DNA from: Octopus sinensis
Lineage: Eukaryota
DNA: 28,130 nucleotides
Reading direction: 5' to 3'
NCBI RefSeq assembly: GCF_006345805.1
Contig: NW_021827522.1
Coordinates: 1 to 28,130 of the forward strand
Shown: piece by piece, positions 24,745-28,130 of the stretch
Layout of the letters: each line of letters starts with the position of its first letter
Numbering within the stretch: position 1 is the stretch's first letter
The notes under the pieces: model-generated
What the model saw: only the letters and a program-made list of their open reading frames with translations
Database searches by the model: none
What the model was told of the DNA's origin: nothing
Made by a program: the position numbers and the translations under genes

Positions 24745-25439
24745 TGTTCGTAATGTTCTTGGCGCACTGAACTAGCAAGGGAATTGACATCAGTCTATAG
24801 GAGGGACTTGCAACAAAATATCCAGAATGGCATAACCAAACATAATATGAACGACAAAGTTAGTTTATATTTACCATGTCAACGCAAATTTTAACATTCA
24901 CACTGTAATAAACTGTAAAACTTGCTATAACCAACCGTACACTCATCAACAATACTGAGCTATCATTTCGTTGACAACAACGGAGCTCACTACCAGTAAG
25001 TTTTAAATATCTGCTCACACAGTGCAGCAGCTTTTATTTATATTGGAGAGGAAAGCTGAGGTGTTACTTGTCTATAGCCACTTTTAAAGAAATAGCGGTT
25101 AAAAGAAAAACATAAAGTTCAGTGAGACTTTAAAATTCAATGGAATTTCTAACCATAACAAAGGAGAGAATTCCTGCCAACAATGCATTGTCTAAACCAC
25201 ATGAGCGGCTACAAATCGCACATTATCGTTTCTACAAGATAATTACTATTGGAGAATAGAAAAGAGCAACGCATAACATATGATGATGAAAACTATGGTC
25301 GCTTCATTTCACTGACTTATCTTACATATGTTTAGACATGTTTTAACATTATACCACACTTTGTATTTCTGAAACAAATTCTTAACACATATATTTACTA
25401 TTATCACTAGAACACATAGTGCATCGCCTTTTGTTCATA

Positions 25440-25693
25440 TAGTTATCTGCACACACAGACACATTCACTCATACTCACACCTATATATGTGAATATATAC
25501 ATATATGTGTGTGAGTATGTACATATATATATATAAATATATATATGTCTTTATATATATATATATATATATATATACATTCTCAGCAAATATATGTACA
25601 CACACACAATATATATATATATATATATTATGTATGTATATGTATATATATATATATACATTCTCAGCAATACATATGTACACACACACAATA

Positions 25694-25765
<72 letters not shown>

Positions 25766-25830
25766 CATATACGTATATATATATATGTATATATATTTAT
25801 ATACACATATATATATAGGCATATATGCGC
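25440..25830. repeat. (TA)/(CA) microsatellite with an internal ~82-bp duplication
   Basis: TACATTCTCAGCAA...TATGTACACACACACAATATAT occurs at ~25576 and ~25657. Confidence 0.85.
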
Positions 25831-26094
25831 ATAATTTATTTTGTTTCTTGTAACGGAATGTCGTATATGTGTGCATTAAAGCCATTTGATTTTAGAAATT
25901 TCAATAAAAACTTAACAGACAAGATAATAAATCGGATAAAATGTACCCTGTTAAGTATAAAACTAAATATATATTTACGAAACAAAGAACATCAGAGGAA
26001 AAACATACAAAAGGATTGTTACTGAGCAATTAAGTGAAGAACAACAAAGTACGGCGGGGCTAAATCATGTAGGCATAGAGAAACAGGAATACAT

Positions 26095-26140
26095 ACGTGT
26101 GGGTATACATAGATATGTATGTATTATTTATGTATATTAT

Positions 26141-26197
<57 letters not shown>

Positions 26198-26275
26198 ATA
26201 TAGTATATCTTATATATATATAGATAATATATATATATTATATATATATAGATATATATATATATATGTATATAA
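26095..26275. repeat. (TA)n-rich microsatellite
   Basis: Direct inspection. Confidence 0.9.
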
Positions 26276-26276
26276 C

Positions 26277-26700
26277 CGGAGTAAACACATAAATGTGAAA
26301 ACAGGTGGAAAAAGAGTACTCAAATACCAGTGGTAGAGTAATATGCTTTATTTTAAGCAGCAGAAAATTCAACAAAATCTGTTACTCTGAGTTTTCGTTG
26401 CCGTTCATTCAGACAGTTTTTGTTAGAATGGAACTTATATATAATTCAATCTATACACTTAAAAACGCTACACCTTAAAAAGAAATGGACTTGTTTGATT
26501 GGCCCTTTAGAAAAAACGGTCAATCTTCGAGCGATAAACAAAAAGGTCAAAAATATTGTATATATATATAAAAAAAACTTATAAAAATTATAAAATCCGA
26601 GGAAAAAACCGAGGAAAAATCCTATTGCCGTTAATGAAGACAGTACAAATTAATGCATAGAAATTAAACCTGTTATAAATACTGCAATACATATTTATAT
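26277..26700 (-). mobile_element. Probable Penelope-like element terminal repeat (pLTR)/non-coding end
   Basis: High-complexity block starting at a TA tract and containing a hammerhead-like motif; limits approximate; family recognition from memory only. Confidence 0.45.
26374..26420 (-). ncRNA. Degenerate minimal type I hammerhead ribozyme motif
   Basis: Minus: AAAACTGT CTGAATGA ACGGCAAC GAAAA C TCAGA G TA ACAG A TTTT = stem I / CUGA(A)UGA core / short stem II / GAAA / tiny stem III / GUA cleavage triplet / stem I'; extra A in the core and a weak stem II. Confidence 0.5.
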
Positions 26701-27418
26701 TAAAATCCACATATATATATCAACATACACAAAAGGATGCGCGTAAACGCCATACATACATATACAGACGTATGAATATGAATCTAAATTATACACATAA
26801 AAGCATGTGTACATATATTCACGCAAACCGTCTCGCACGCAAGCTAAAATTCATCTATGTAGCAATTCTCATATACTGAGCAAGGAGGGGGAACGAAAGA
26901 AAGGGAAAGAGAGAAAAGGGAACGAAGGAGGGGTGGGGAAAAAACTTGTAGCGATATTATTGGCATCTATAGAGGCCAGTATACATACACAAGTTTGAAT
27001 TGATACATATACATACCGTCGTGTGTATGCGTGCTTAAGCACAAGCATACTTCACTTACACATACACAGATACGCATGCTTACAAATACATATGCTTTGC
27101 TATACACAAACTTATATAAACATTCTAAATTTGACAACATTGCTTTTTTAAAAAAAACATTGCTTTTAAAAAAATGGGTGCATAATAAAAATATACGAAA
27201 GACATATAAAATAAAATATAACATCCTATTTGGGTCATTTATAAATAATCAAGTAATATAAATAATCAAGGTAATCTTATGCAATACAATAACATGAAAA
27301 CAAAGTTTGTAGGTTTTTCCTAATATATATGTAGAAACAATAAGACTTTGCTAGAGGTCCGTCGTAGCGCTCAAGAGTCAAAATCAAAATCAAAAATCAA
27401 AATACAAAAATATATACT

Positions 27419-28019
27419 CTATCCATATGGTATATTTATATTCGACATTTTAAATTTAGCCGCGTGCCTACATAAGTTCATTAACTCACTTCTTTGATTC
27501 AAAGAATTATTGTCTTTGAATAATATGTGCATTTTCCTAATAAGCAAAGCCTGCACTTGAAATTATATTGTAAGCTCCATGCCTGTATGGTGCCGCCCTG
27601 TCCAGAATGCTCCATGTCACGTTGAAAGGTGGGGCTTCCTTTTCTTTTAGTTCCCAGACATATTTTGCTAGGCTGGTTTTCTTCCTATTCTCTGGGTATT
27701 TAAAAGAATTCTTATGAGAATAAAATCTTGTTTTAAATGAATTTTCTGAAGCCCCTGTGTATGTCTTGTATTCCGATGAGCCTTCCACTTGCACCTTGGC
27801 TCTATAAACTACTCCTTTCAGTAGACATTCCCTTCTAACGGACAGGAGCTTTCGTTTTTGAAATTACATTTCTTAATGGGCTCGGCACCGTGTCTAATCT
27901 CAATTAGCCTCCTATTATGTTGGCTAAGTAAGAGGCGAAATTTCTGCAACAAGAATAGCTAACCTTCAGGGTTCTTCTATTAAATTTCTGTAGAATTTAT
28001 GACCCTGCTTAAAATGCTT
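27419..28019 (-). mobile_element. Penelope-like retroelement ORF 3' part (RT-EN linker + GIY-YIG endonuclease), frameshifted
   Basis: Reconstructed: KHFKQGHKFYR/FNRRTLKVSYSCCRNFASY/SQHNRRLIEIRHGAEPIKKCNFKNESSCPLEG/ECLLKGVVYRAKVQVEGSSEYKTYTGASENSFKTRFYSHKNSFKYPENRKKTSLAKYVWELKEKEAPPFNVTWSILDRAAPYRHG/KCRLCLL/KMHILFKDNNSLNQRSELMNLCRHAAKFKMSNINIPYG*. VVY..YTG (GIY-YIG), KxRxxxH, CPLxG, CxLC and CRH motifs are typical of invertebrate PLEs. Confidence 0.92.
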
Positions 28020-28028
28020 CAAATCCTT

Positions 28029-28130
28029 ATAGGTAAGGAATTTTTGAGATTAGTCTCTAAGCATTTTAAGCAGGGTCATAAATTCTACAGAATATTTAAT
28101 AGAAGAACCCTGAAGGTTAGCTATTCTTGT
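28029..28130 (+). mobile_element. Second, inverted copy of the same Penelope-like element (runs off window)
   Basis: Open frame IGKEFLRLVSKHFKQGHKFYRIFNRRTLKVSYSC; 28059-28130 is the reverse complement of 27949-28019 except for one indel. Confidence 0.92.

Noticed and set aside
24760-25250. Possible very old RTE RT remnant (FKYL at ~25002; degenerate YADD-like sequence at ~24850)
   Set aside because: Motif spacing is inconsistent and similarity is too weak to support by eye; needs an HMM search

Overview
AT-rich, microsatellite-saturated eukaryotic non-coding DNA (intron or intergenic). The SINE families resemble, from my recollection and not a search, those of Octopus/coleoid cephalopods. 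No host protein-coding gene can be supported, and most supplied ORFs are translated microsatellites. The window is a retroelement graveyard: three tRNA-derived SINE families (about 10 copies or fragments), a LINE APE-endonuclease fragment sandwiched between two sister SINE tails, two decayed R4/Dong-like LINE pieces (RT and RLE end), an RTE-LINE fragment and a Tc1/mariner remnant. At the right end lies a Penelope-like (GIY-YIG) element in a head-to-head inverted arrangement, with a degenerate minimal hammerhead-ribozyme motif about 1 kb downstream. Other structures include an 11 x 28-bp near-perfect minisatellite, a 160-bp direct repeat pair and a MITE-like inverted repeat.
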